Of a stretch of DNA of 64,000 nt, positions 10,854-20,279 are shown piece after piece. The notes below the pieces were generated by a model that was given only the letters and a program-made list of their open reading frames with translations, ran no database searches and had not been told where the DNA came from. The DNA is from Verrucomicrobiia bacterium. GTDB taxonomy: Bacteria > Verrucomicrobiota > Verrucomicrobiia > JABWAM01. The DNA is taken from the NCBI GenBank assembly GCA_020849895.1, contig JADZFN010000052.1, positions 5,797 to 69,796 on the forward strand. The letters run 5' to 3'. How positions within the stretch are numbered: position 1 is the stretch's first letter; every line of letters starts with the position of its first letter. The translations under genes were made by a program, and so were the position numbers.

Positions 10854-12176
10854 ATGTTCGAGCACCAAAAAAGCGTCAAAAAACCGGCGTCCGTCGAGGG
10901 AGTCGGCCTCCACACCGGCGCGCCGGCGCGCCTCACCTTCCTGCCTGCCCCCGCGAACTCGGGCCTCCGTTTCACGCGCGCCGACCTTCCCGGCAGCCCC
11001 GCCCTTCCCGCCCTGGTCAGCCTGGTCCAGGACACTCAACGCGGCACCACTCTCGGACAGGACGGCGTGAGCGTCCACACCGTCGAACACGTCCTCGCCG
11101 CGCTCGCCGGACGCGGCATTGACAACTGCCTCATCGAACTCACCGGCCCGGAGCCGCCCATCCTCGACGGCAGCGCGCGCGACTTCGCCGTCGCCCTCAA
11201 GGACGCGGGCACGGAAAACCTCAACGCGAAGCCGAACACCTTCGCCCCCGAGGCGCCCGTGTATTACGCGAAAGACGGGACGACGCTCGTCATCCTTCCC
11301 TCGGACCGCCTCCGGATCTCCTGCTCGATCCATTTTCCCGGACAGAAACTCGAAAGCCAGCACTACACGCTCGACATCACCGACGAGACTTTTGAAACCG
11401 AACTCGCCCCCGCGCGCACCTTCTGTTTCTACGAGGAGGTGAAGCCGCTCATGGACGCCGGCCTCATCAAGGGCGGAAGCCTCGAATGCGCCGTCGTCAT
11501 CAAGGACGACGAAATTCTCAGCAAGGAGGCGCTTCGTTTCCGCGACGAATTTGTCCGCCATAAGATGCTCGACATCCTCGGCGACGTGACCCTGCTCGGC
11601 CGCCCGTTGGCGGGCCACATCGTGGCCGTCCGACCCGGACACGCCGCGAACGTCGCTCTCACTCAAAAGCTCTTCAACATCGTCAACAAAAAGCGTGGGG
11701 CGCGCCGCTATCTCGCCGAAGGGGCGACCTACGAGCAGATGGACATCCAGGAACTGCTGGCCACCCTGCCGCACCGCTACCCGTTCATCCTCGTGGACCG
11801 CATCCTCAAAATCGAGGAGACGGAGATCGTCGGCCTGAAGAACGTGACGATCAACGAACCGTTCTTCCAAGGGCATTTTCCCGGGCATCCCATCATGCCG
11901 GGCGTGCTCCAGGTCGAGGCGATGGCCCAAGTCGCCGGCATCCTCATGCTCCGCAAGGGCGACAGCGTCGGCAAGCTCGCCTACTTCATGAGCGCCGACA
12001 AGGTGAAGTTCCGCAAGCCGGTGACTCCCGGCGATACCCTCTTCATCGAGGTGGCCCTGCTCAAGGCGCGCGCGGGCCGCATCGGCCGCGCCCAGGCCCG
12101 TTGCCTCGTGGACAATGAGGTCGTCAGCGAAGCCGAGCTGATGTTCTCCATCATGGACCGCGAAACCACCGAGTGA
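10854..12176 (+). CDS. lpxC/fabZ: bifunctional UDP-3-O-acyl-GlcNAc deacetylase / 3-hydroxyacyl-ACP dehydratase (LpxC-FabZ fusion)
   Basis: N-terminal LpxC motifs (GVGLHTG, HTVEHVLAAL, zinc-site HKMLD) fused to a C-terminal hot-dog FabZ domain (HFPGHPIMPGVL…). ATG at 10854. Confidence 0.9.
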   Translation: MFEHQKSVKKPASVEGVGLHTGAPARLTFLPAPANSGLRFTRADLPGSPALPALVSLVQDTQRGTTLGQDGVSVHTVEHVLAALAGRGIDNCLIELTGPEPPILDGSARDFAVALKDAGTENLNAKPNTFAPEAPVYYAKDGTTLVILPSDRLRISCSIHFPGQKLESQHYTLDITDETFETELAPARTFCFYEEVKPLMDAGLIKGGSLECAVVIKDDEILSKEALRFRDEFVRHKMLDILGDVTLLGRPLAGHIVAVRPGHAANVALTQKLFNIVNKKRGARRYLAEGATYEQMDIQELLATLPHRYPFILVDRILKIEETEIVGLKNVTINEPFFQGHFPGHPIMPGVLQVEAMAQVAGILMLRKGDSVGKLAYFMSADKVKFRKPVTPGDTLFIEVALLKARAGRIGRAQARCLVDNEVVSEAELMFSIMDRETTE

Positions 12177-12231
12177 TCTCGGTCCTTCCGATTCCTCCCG
12201 AACCGCACCCTCTGCGCCCCAACCCCTTCCC

Positions 12232-13002
12232 GTGCTCCATAAGACCGCCATCGTCCACCGCGACGCTGAGGTGCCTGCCGATTGCGAGGTCGGTCCCTGG
12301 TGCGTCATCGGTGCGGGCGTCTCCCTCGGCGCGGGATGCATTCTCCGCTCCCACGTCATCCTCGAAGGGCCCAGTACCTTCGGCAAAAAGAACGAGTTCT
12401 ATCCCTTCTGCAGCCTCGGCCAGCGCTCTCAGGACCTGAAGTACGCCGGCGAACCCACGTTTCTCGAAGTCGGCGACGAGAACACCTTCCGCGAGTTCGT
12501 CACCGTCAACCGCGCGACCGCGAAAGGCGCGAAGACGACGATCGGCCACCGCAACCACTTCCTTGCCTACGCCCACGTGGCGCACGACTGCCTCCTCGGC
12601 GACGGGATCGTGATGTCCAACTGCGGGACGCTCGCCGGCCACGTCGTCGTCGAGAATCACGCCGTCGTCGGCGGTCTCGCCGCCGTGCATCAGTTTTGCC
12701 GCATCGGCACCATGGCGATCCTCGGAGGGTGCTCCAAGGTCGTACAGGACGTTCCCCCTTACATGCTCGCCGATGGCAATCCCGCCGAAGTCCGCACGAT
12801 CAACAAGGTCGGCCTCGACCGCCACGGTGTGGAGGACGAAGCCAAGAAAGCGCTCCAAGCCGCCTTCAAGCTCCTCTATCGCGAAAGCGGCCTGAATATC
12901 GGGGACGCTGTGGTGAGGATCCGCAAGGACCTCCCCGACCTCCCTGAAATCCGGCACCTCTGCGAATTCGTCGAGCGAAGCGAGCGCGGGATCAGCCGAT
13001 GA
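12232..13002 (+). CDS. lpxA: acyl-ACP:UDP-GlcNAc O-acyltransferase
   Basis: Hexapeptide-repeat beta-helix with the LpxA C-terminal helical domain. Immediately downstream of lpxC/fabZ. Confidence 0.9.
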   Translation: MLHKTAIVHRDAEVPADCEVGPWCVIGAGVSLGAGCILRSHVILEGPSTFGKKNEFYPFCSLGQRSQDLKYAGEPTFLEVGDENTFREFVTVNRATAKGAKTTIGHRNHFLAYAHVAHDCLLGDGIVMSNCGTLAGHVVVENHAVVGGLAAVHQFCRIGTMAILGGCSKVVQDVPPYMLADGNPAEVRTINKVGLDRHGVEDEAKKALQAAFKLLYRESGLNIGDAVVRIRKDLPDLPEIRHLCEFVERSERGISR

Positions 13003-13128
13003 AATCCCCACTTCCCTTGAGACCGTGAGGCGCCTCACTCGAGCGAAGCGCGAGGCCGCCGCCTCTCCCAAGGTGATCTCGGCCTCTGGGCGCTCCGCGC
13101 CGCCGGCGGAGCGAAAGCCCTCTCCTCC

Positions 13129-13767
13129 ATGTTCAAACGAATCCGAAACGCGCTGATCGGCAGGCTCGGCGGCCTCTTGGTCGCCGCCCTCGGCGCCACC
13201 CTCCGCTACCGGATCCGTGACACGGCCGCCGTCACGCGACCCTCGCCGCGTAAAGATCCCGTGATCTTCGCCTTCTGGCATCACGACCTCCTGCTGATGC
13301 CCTGTTTCGCACGCCGCTTCCTCACCCGCCGCCCGTGCGTGTGTCTCGTCAGCGCCAGCAAGGACGGCGAGATGATCGCGCACGTCCTGCACCGCTTCGG
13401 GCTCGACGCCGAGCGCGGCTCCAGCTCCCGCAAGGGGCGGGAGGCGTATCGCTCCCTCGCCGAAGCTCTCGAATGCGGAACGGATGTCGCGATCACGCCG
13501 GACGGCCCTCGCGGACCGCGCCATCACGCGCATGCCGGCGCTGCCGGGCTTGCGGTGCTCTCCGGCTGCGCGCTCGTTCCGATCCGCTGGCGCGCCGCGT
13601 GGAAAATCGAGTTGCCGACGTGGGACCGCTTCGTGATCCCGCTTCCGCTCAGCCGCGTCGAGTTCGACGTCGGCCCCGCCCTGCGTTTCGCGCCGGAGAC
13701 CTCCGTCGAAGAGGCGCAGCAACAGATGGAACGCGCGCTGGCTCCGCCCCCGACCCGCACCCCATGA
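13129..13767 (+). CDS. lysophospholipid acyltransferase-like DUF374 family protein
   Basis: FWHHDLL motif (HX4D-like) of the LPLAT/DUF374 family commonly found in lipid A/Kdo gene neighbourhoods. Confidence 0.5.
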   Translation: MFKRIRNALIGRLGGLLVAALGATLRYRIRDTAAVTRPSPRKDPVIFAFWHHDLLLMPCFARRFLTRRPCVCLVSASKDGEMIAHVLHRFGLDAERGSSSRKGREAYRSLAEALECGTDVAITPDGPRGPRHHAHAGAAGLAVLSGCALVPIRWRAAWKIELPTWDRFVIPLPLSRVEFDVGPALRFAPETSVEEAQQQMERALAPPPTRTP

Positions 13768-13807
13768 CGCGCGCGACGCGTTTCCGCAAGGCGCGTCCCC
13801 GATCGGG

Positions 13808-15238
13808 TCAGGCGTCGCGTGCCAGAGTTTGAAGGATCCGGCCGGAGGCGTCCTGAAGCTCGATGACCATCGGCATCTGGCCGGCGGCGTGGGTGGAACA
13901 GGAGAGGCAGGGGTCGTAGCAGCGGATCGCCGCCTCGACGCGGTTGAGCATGCCTTCCTTCAGCGCCTGCGCCTTCACATATTTCCTGGCCACCGAAAGG
14001 ACGGAGCGATTCATCGCGAGATTGTTGTGTCCCGTGGAAACGATGAGGTTGGCCTTCTCGATCCGTCCGTGCTCGTCCACCCAATAATGATGGATCAACG
14101 TGCCGCGCGGGGCTTCGATCACGCCGACTCCTTCCTCGTTCTTGGGCGAGCCACCGGCCACGAGGTCGCGCCCCAGGATCGCGGGGTCTTCGAGCAGCGC
14201 GCGCGCGCGCTCAAGTCCATAGATGATCTCGATGAGGCGCGCCCAGTGGAAGAAGAACGATCCGCGGCGCACGGGGCCGTCGGCGCGCCACGCCTGAAAC
14301 TCCTTCTGCGCCTCGGGCGTCGCGATCCGCGAGGCGACGTTGAGGCGCGCCAGCGGCCCGACGCGATACATCCCCTGAGGATAGCCCAGCGCCTTGATGA
14401 AGGGGAACTTGAGATAGGACCACGGCTCCGTTGTTTCCGCGATCACCTCGAGGTAGTTCGCAGGAGGGACGTTGTCCTTGATCGGACGCCCTTCAGGATC
14501 GGTAAAGCGCATCGCGCCGTCATAAAGCTCGAGGGCGCCGTCGGATTGGACGAGCCCCTCGTAGTTGGAGTCGAAGCTGGCGAAGCTCTCGACCTCCTCA
14601 CGGTGGGTCGCGTGATACTTTTTGATCAGGTCGAGCGCGAGGCGGGCGGATTCGAAAGCCTCGGAAAAACCGTCGAGCAGCGCCTTGCGCTCGCCCTCGG
14701 CAAGGGCTTTGTTCACGCCTCCGGGGACGTTGAAGTCGGGATGGATTTTTCGCCCGCCGACGGCGCGGATGATCTCCTGTCCGAACTTGCGGAGTCGGAT
14801 GCCGCGGCGCGCGAGCTCAGGATGCTGCTGGATAAGGCCGACGACGTTGCGGGTGGCGGGGTCGCTGTCGTAACCGAGGAGGAGATCGGGCGCGCTGAGA
14901 TGGAAGAAGCTCAGGGCATGGGACTGGACGACCTGCCCCATGTGCATCAACTCGCGAAGCATCTTCGCCGTGGGAGGGATCCGGACGCCGAGGATGGCGT
15001 CGCACGTCTTGGCGCTGGCGAGGAGATGGCTGACGGGACAGATCCCGCAGATCCGCGCGGTGATCTGGGACATCTCGGCGAAGTAACGGCCTTCGCAAAA
15101 CTTTTCGAAGCCGCGGAACTCGACGACGTGAAAGCGCGTGTCGGCGACCTCGCCGGTCTCGTCGAGGTGAATCGTGATCTTGGCGTGGCCCTCGATGCGG
15201 GTCACAGGGTTGATGGTGAGCGTGCGGGCGGCACTCAT
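13808..15238 (-). CDS. hoxH: [NiFe] hydrogenase large subunit, group 3 (HoxH/HydL-like)
   Basis: N-terminal L1 motif [10 protein letters not shown] and C-terminal L2 motif DPCLSCSTH, followed by a ~23-aa extension (target of maturation protease). Confidence 0.9.
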   Translation of the reverse strand: MSAARTLTINPVTRIEGHAKITIHLDETGEVADTRFHVVEFRGFEKFCEGRYFAEMSQITARICGICPVSHLLASAKTCDAILGVRIPPTAKMLRELMHMGQVVQSHALSFFHLSAPDLLLGYDSDPATRNVVGLIQQHPELARRGIRLRKFGQEIIRAVGGRKIHPDFNVPGGVNKALAEGERKALLDGFSEAFESARLALDLIKKYHATHREEVESFASFDSNYEGLVQSDGALELYDGAMRFTDPEGRPIKDNVPPANYLEVIAETTEPWSYLKFPFIKALGYPQGMYRVGPLARLNVASRIATPEAQKEFQAWRADGPVRRGSFFFHWARLIEIIYGLERARALLEDPAILGRDLVAGGSPKNEEGVGVIEAPRGTLIHHYWVDEHGRIEKANLIVSTGHNNLAMNRSVLSVARKYVKAQALKEGMLNRVEAAIRCYDPCLSCSTHAAGQMPMVIELQDASGRILQTLARDA

Positions 15239-15288
15239 GGGGAGAAGCGGGGAGGATCGAAGGGGGGAATGGGGGTTCAGAAGGGGCG

Positions 15289-15828
15289 TCAATCGTAGCG
15301 GACGTTTGTTTCGTTCCACAGAGGCTTGCGGCCGGCGAGGAGTTCGGTGAGGGCGTACCAAATCGCGTCGGCATCCGGAGGACAACCGGGGATGTAGGCG
15401 TCCACCTTCACGAACTCCTGGATGGGGCGCACCTTGGGGCAAAGGGGCGGCACGATCTCGGTGGGGATTTCACCGGCCTGGGTGCTCTCGGTTTCGATGT
15501 AACCGCGTGCGAGGACTTCGCCGAGGTCCTTCTGGTTGCGCAGGGCGGGCACGTTGCCGGTGATCGCGCAGTCGCCGAGGGCAACGAGGACCTTGCACTG
15601 TTTTCGGAGCGTCTTGAGGACGTGCGCGTTCTCCTCGTTACAGACGGCGCCCTCGACAATCCCGACGTCCACGGGCGGGATATCCTTGAGGTCGCTGATC
15701 GGGCTGGCGGTCAACTCGACGAGCTTGAAGAGCTCCACGAGGCGTTCGTCGAGATCGAGAAAGGACATGTGACAGCCGGAACATCCGCCCAGCCACACCG
15801 TCGCCACTTTCACTTTGAGTTTTTCGCT
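15289..15828 (-). CDS. hoxY: [NiFe] hydrogenase small subunit, group 3 (HoxY/HydS-like)
   Basis: WLGGCSGCHMS…GDCA…GCPP cysteine pattern of a single proximal [4Fe-4S] cluster. ~180 aa. The ATG shares one nucleotide with the stop of the upstream gene. Confidence 0.85.
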   Translation of the reverse strand, partial: SEKLKVKVATVWLGGCSGCHMSFLDLDERLVELFKLVELTASPISDLKDIPPVDVGIVEGAVCNEENAHVLKTLRKQCKVLVALGDCAITGNVPALRNQKDLGEVLARGYIETESTQAGEIPTEIVPPLCPKVRPIQEFVKVDAYIPGCPPDADAIWYALTELLAGRKPLWNETNVRYD

Positions 15829-17630
15829 CATGCGTAAATGCTTTCTAGGATATCGGCGTCGTCCCGGGCCTGGCCGCGCGGAGTCAGCGCGGGGCGCAGC
15901 GGGAGCTTTCGCCCTTCGAAATTCGTGATCGTGCCGCTCCGTTCGCTCCAGGCAAGCGCGGGCAACACCACGTCGGCCAGCTCGACGAGGCGGGAGAAGT
16001 AGGCCGTCTGCAGGACCACGAACTCCATGGCCTTGAGGCAACCGGCGACCTCGCGCTCGCGCAGGATGCGGGCGCCGCCGGCGGGTTCGTCCGCGGCACA
16101 GACATGGACGGCGCGCAGGGGGGCGCTCGCGAACCACCGGGAGAGGTCGTCCACGGCTTCGACGCCCGCCGCCGAAAGTGCGAGGGCGTTGGTCGTGGCG
16201 GGCAAGCCGATCACGGACGGCCCGCAGTCGGCGTCGAATGTCTTCAGGAGCTTCTCCATGGCGGCGACGCCGAGGGAGGTCATCGCGTTCGGCCCATAAA
16301 TCAACACCGGCTTGCGGCGTCCTTTGAGGACGTCGGCCACCCGCTTCCAGAAGGCGCGTTCGAGGCCGACCATGCGCGACGAAATATCGGCATAGGCATC
16401 GAGGTCGCTGGAGCGCACGTTCAGCATCACCAGCTTTGCGCCGCGCTTGCGGACGGCGACACGGATGCGGGCGGCGACGACGCCCTGGAGGCGAGCGGGA
16501 TCGGCGCCAAGCAGGACGAACGCATCGGCTTCCTGGAGGAGCGGAAAAACGTCGCGGGCAGCGCCAGGGTCGCCGCACATCGCGGCCTCATTCTCGGCCA
16601 CATACATCCCGACGCTGCTGACGGAGGGACGGATCTTCGCGAGCGTCTCCGCCGCCTCGTTCGTGAGGCGGCCGGAGACGAGCAGCCCCTTTTCTCCAGA
16701 CTTCAACCCTCGGGTGGCCGCGCGAATCGCCGCAAGAGCCTCGTCCCAAGCGACGGGCGCGAGCGCGCCGTTCCGTCGGACCATGGGTTCGGTGAGGCGC
16801 TCTCGCTTGACGGCCCAGGTTTCGTAGCGGCCGCGGACGCAGAGGTGGCCTCGGTTTACGGGCGAGTCGCCATCGCCGAAAACGTCTACGATGCGGTCGT
16901 CCATCGTGTACACGACGAGACCGCAGCCGACGGGGCATTCCGCGCAGGTCGTGCGCACCTGGGCGCACCTCTTGAGCGCCCCGTGAAAGGCGGCGTTCTT
17001 GTCGAAGAGGGCGCCGGTGGGACAGGCGGAGACGCAGGCGCCGCAATGGGTACAGGTGGTCGAAGCGCCGAAGGTGGAGTTGAGGTCCACGATCACCTGA
17101 CTCTTGACGCCGCGGTTGCCGAGATCGAGCGTGTGGGCGCCTTCGATCTCGTCGCAGGTGCGGATGCAGCGGGCGCAGAGGATGCAGCGGTTGTGGTCGA
17201 GCCCGAGATATTTCCCGGTGAGATCCACAGGAAGCGCGGGATAAAGATAGGGGAAGCGGATGCCATCAATGCCGAACTTGTAACCGCTCATCTGAAGCTC
17301 GCAGTCACCCTTGTTCATCGGGCAGATGGGGCAGATGTGGTTGCGTTCGCTGAAGAGGAGCTCCAGCGTGAGCTTGCGCAGGCGGTCGAGACGCTCGTTT
17401 TTGGTGACGACTACACTGCCGTCGGCGGCGGGCGTGGCGCAGGAAGGAACCGGCTTGGCGATGCCGCCGACCTCGACGATACACATGCGACAGCCGCCCC
17501 ACGGGGAGAGCTCCTTCATGTGGCACAGCGTCGGGATCTCGATGCCACTGGCGGTGGCGACTTCGAGAATGGTCTGCCCGGCGGCGCCGGCGCAGATCTT
17601 TCCGTCAATGGTGAGGGTGAGCGTCTTCAT
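15828..17630 (-). CDS. hoxU: NuoG-like iron-sulfur subunit (HoxU/HydA-like) with truncated molybdopterin-oxidoreductase domain
   Basis: N-terminal [2Fe-2S] (CHMKE…CRMC), His-ligated [4Fe-4S] (HICPICP…C), 2x[4Fe-4S] (CILCARCIRTC, CTHCGACVSACP). These are followed by a Molybdop_Fe4S4-like CAECPVGC motif and a ~330-aa NuoG-type C-terminal domain. No H-cluster motifs. Confidence 0.8.
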   Translation of the reverse strand: MKTLTLTIDGKICAGAAGQTILEVATASGIEIPTLCHMKELSPWGGCRMCIVEVGGIAKPVPSCATPAADGSVVVTKNERLDRLRKLTLELLFSERNHICPICPMNKGDCELQMSGYKFGIDGIRFPYLYPALPVDLTGKYLGLDHNRCILCARCIRTCDEIEGAHTLDLGNRGVKSQVIVDLNSTFGASTTCTHCGACVSACPTGALFDKNAAFHGALKRCAQVRTTCAECPVGCGLVVYTMDDRIVDVFGDGDSPVNRGHLCVRGRYETWAVKRERLTEPMVRRNGALAPVAWDEALAAIRAATRGLKSGEKGLLVSGRLTNEAAETLAKIRPSVSSVGMYVAENEAAMCGDPGAARDVFPLLQEADAFVLLGADPARLQGVVAARIRVAVRKRGAKLVMLNVRSSDLDAYADISSRMVGLERAFWKRVADVLKGRRKPVLIYGPNAMTSLGVAAMEKLLKTFDADCGPSVIGLPATTNALALSAAGVEAVDDLSRWFASAPLRAVHVCAADEPAGGARILREREVAGCLKAMEFVVLQTAYFSRLVELADVVLPALAWSERSGTITNFEGRKLPLRPALTPRGQARDDADILESIYA

Positions 17631-19441
17631 GCGGGCACCGGGATTCCCGGAGAGGTTTTTTTCACGGCGTCGAACTTGCATACGTCGAAGCAGGCGCCGC
17701 AGTGGATGCATTTCTCCTGATGGATGATGAACTTCTTTTGGTCGCCGAGGCGCTCGATGGTCTGCACGGGGCAGGCGCGGGCGCAGAGCGAGCACCCCTT
17801 GCAGAGGGGCACATCAATTTCGAAGTGCACCAGCTCGCGGCAGGCGCACGCCGGGCAGCGCTTCTCGCGGATATGGGCCTCGTACTCGTCGCGGAAATAC
17901 TTGAGGGTGGTGAGCACGGGGTTGGGCGCCGTCTGGCCGAGGCCGCAGAGGCTGGCGGACTTCACCATGTCGGCAAGCTCCTCGAGCTTCGCGATGTCCT
18001 CGGGCTCGCCCTCGCCGCGACAGATCCGTTCGAGGATGAGGAGCATCTGGCGGGTGCCGACGCGACAAGGAGGACATTTTCCGCACGATTCGTCGCAACA
18101 GAACTCCATGAAAAATCGGGCGAAATCCACCATGCAGGAGTCCTCGTCCACAACGACCATCCCGCCCGAACCCATGATCGAGCCGAGCTTCTGAAGCGTC
18201 TCGTATTCGACGGGGGTATCGAGAAACTGCTCCGGAATGACGCCACCGGAGGGGCCGCCGGTCTGGATGGCCTTGAGCTTTTTCCCGTTGGGGATGCCGC
18301 CGCCGACCTCGTAAATCATCTGGCGCAGCGTGGTGCCGAAGGGGAGCTCGGCAACCCCCGTGTTGTTGATCTTGCCGGCGAGACAGAAGACCTTGGTGCC
18401 CTTGGTGTTTTCCGTGCCGATCGAGGCGAACCATTCCGCCCCTTTAAGAAGGATCGGACGGATGGTGGCCCAGGTCTCGACGTTATTGATGTTGGTGGGC
18501 TTTTCCCACAGCCCGCGTTGGGCGGGGAACGGGGGGCGCGGAGAAGGCTGACCGCGGCGCCCTTCGACGCTGCGCATAAGGGCGGTCTCCTCGCCACAGA
18601 CAAAGGCGCCGGCGCCGATGCGGACCTCGAGATCGAAGTCGAATCCGGTCTCGAACAGGTTCTTGCCGAGCAGGCCGAGCCGGTAGGCCTGTTCGATGGC
18701 GATATGGAGGCGCTTGACGGCGAGGCCGTACTCGGCGCGGATGTAGACATACCCTTGGTGGGCGCCCATCGCGTAGGCGCCGATGGCCATCCCTTCGATG
18801 ACGCTGTGCGGATCGCCTTCGAGAACGGAACGGTTCATGAAGGCACCGGGGTCGCCCTCGTCGGCGTTGCAGACGACATACTTGGGATGGAGGGGCGCCT
18901 TGCGCATTAACCCCCATTTTCGCCCCGTCGGAAACCCCGCGCCGCCGCGCCCGCGCAGACCGCTCTCTTCGATCTCCGCGATCACTTCCTCCGGCGTCAT
19001 CTGGGTGAGCGCCTTGCCGAGGGCGAGGTAGCCGTCGCGGGCAATGTATTCCTCGATCTTCTCGGGATTGATCACGCCGCAGTTGTCGCGGACGATGCGA
19101 AGCTGGCGGTTGAAGAACGTGAAATCGGCCTGCGTCTTGACGAGATGTTGGGTTTCAGGATCGGTGGGCAGGAGCTTCTCGTAGCGGCGGCCCTTGAGGA
19201 AATGCTCTTCGACAAGCTGGGGGATCTCCGCGGTCTTGACGTTCTTGTAGAAGGTGCCGTCGGGATGGATCATCGAGACGGGACCGAGATCGCAGCGGCC
19301 CATGCAGCCGGTCTCGACGACGTCCAGCTCCTCCGAAAGGCCGCGCTTCGCCAGTTCAGCGAGGAGGGCGTCGCGAGTCTGGAAGCTGCCGGCGCTGGCG
19401 CAGCCGGTGCCGGTGCAAACGAGGATGTGGGTGCGTTTCAT
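17627..19441 (-). CDS. hoxF: NAD(H)-binding flavoprotein subunit (NuoF-like; HoxF/HydB-like) with N-terminal Trx-like [2Fe-2S] and C-terminal 2x[4Fe-4S] domains
   Basis: N-terminal VCTGTGC…GCMGRCDLGP (thioredoxin-like Fd). NuoF core (GRGGAGFPTGRKWG; C-x2-C-x2-C-x40-C 4Fe-4S motif CDESCGKCPPC). C-terminal CKGCSLCARACP and CIHCGACFDVC ferredoxin motifs. Confidence 0.85.
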   Translation of the reverse strand: MKRTHILVCTGTGCASAGSFQTRDALLAELAKRGLSEELDVVETGCMGRCDLGPVSMIHPDGTFYKNVKTAEIPQLVEEHFLKGRRYEKLLPTDPETQHLVKTQADFTFFNRQLRIVRDNCGVINPEKIEEYIARDGYLALGKALTQMTPEEVIAEIEESGLRGRGGAGFPTGRKWGLMRKAPLHPKYVVCNADEGDPGAFMNRSVLEGDPHSVIEGMAIGAYAMGAHQGYVYIRAEYGLAVKRLHIAIEQAYRLGLLGKNLFETGFDFDLEVRIGAGAFVCGEETALMRSVEGRRGQPSPRPPFPAQRGLWEKPTNINNVETWATIRPILLKGAEWFASIGTENTKGTKVFCLAGKINNTGVAELPFGTTLRQMIYEVGGGIPNGKKLKAIQTGGPSGGVIPEQFLDTPVEYETLQKLGSIMGSGGMVVVDEDSCMVDFARFFMEFCCDESCGKCPPCRVGTRQMLLILERICRGEGEPEDIAKLEELADMVKSASLCGLGQTAPNPVLTTLKYFRDEYEAHIREKRCPACACRELVHFEIDVPLCKGCSLCARACPVQTIERLGDQKKFIIHQEKCIHCGACFDVCKFDAVKKTSPGIPVPA

Positions 19442-19803
19442 TTCTTGGCTTTGCCCACGGCGAGGCCTTCGACGACCTTGCCCTTTTCGAGGTGTTCGGT
19501 GACGATCTTGCGGGCGTCGGCGGCGTTCACCTTGGCGTAGGTCACCTGTTCGCCGCCGGCCTCTTCGATGCGGATGATCGGCTCGACGTCCACGAGGCCG
19601 ATCTCACCGGTGATGGCGACTTCCACGTCGTCGAGGCCGCGCTTGTCAATTTCGTCAAGCATCGTCGTCATGACGTCGCGGGCGCCCGCGGCGATGCCGG
19701 AGGTGCCCATGCTGAAGACCACGCGGTATTTCTTGTGGCCTTCGCGCAGGGCGACCTGCCGCTGGGCCTTTTCCTTGAGTTTCTTGAGTTCGTCGAGGTT
19801 CAT
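19438..19803 (-). CDS. thioredoxin-like ferredoxin-fold protein lacking all cluster-ligating cysteines
   Basis: Aligns to HydD-type Trx-like [2Fe-2S] ferredoxins (YRVVFSMGTSG… vs Y+V.VC.GTGC) but contains zero Cys. 4-nt ATGA-type overlaps on both sides. Confidence 0.55.
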   Translation of the reverse strand: MNLDELKKLKEKAQRQVALREGHKKYRVVFSMGTSGIAAGARDVMTTMLDEIDKRGLDDVEVAITGEIGLVDVEPIIRIEEAGGEQVTYAKVNAADARKIVTEHLEKGKVVEGLAVGKAKK

Positions 19804-20279
19804 GCGGGAGACGGGAGGTTGAGGTCGGTTTGGGAGTCGAAAGCGAAGGTCTCCTCCGCGGCGCGGCAGGCGACGCGCAGGCGGGCGCCCGGGGCGGCGA
19901 GGGCGAGGGCGCGAACCGTGGCGGCAAGATCGCCGAGGGGCGGACGGTCCACATGGGAGAGGCGCATGCGGGCGGCGACCACGGTGCCGTGCCCGGGGAG
20001 GGATGCGGCGCGGAAGCGGCCTTCGCAGGCCTCGGCGGCTTGACGGAGGAAAGCGAGTCCGAGGCCGACGGCCCTGCGCCGGCCGGTCTTGGTGCTCCCG
20101 CGTCCGGAGAGCGCGCGGACGAAGGCTGCGCGGCCCATGCCGCGGCCGTTGTCGCGCACAAGCAGCGCGAAACGGTCGCGCGCCCGGTCTTCGCTCACGC
20201 GAATGGAGATCGAGGTGGCGCCTGCGGCAAGGGAGTTCATGCCGAGATCCAGGATATGGAGTGAAAGTTCCTCATGCAT
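19800..20279 (-). CDS. histidine-kinase-like ATPase (HATPase_c) domain protein
   Basis: G1 box DNGRGM and G2 box GLGLAF of the GHKL ATPase fold. No DHp/receiver domains. Embedded between hoxE-like and Fd-like genes. Confidence 0.6.
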   Translation of the reverse strand: MHEELSLHILDLGMNSLAAGATSISIRVSEDRARDRFALLVRDNGRGMGRAAFVRALSGRGSTKTGRRRAVGLGLAFLRQAAEACEGRFRAASLPGHGTVVAARMRLSHVDRPPLGDLAATVRALALAAPGARLRVACRAAEETFAFDSQTDLNLPSPA

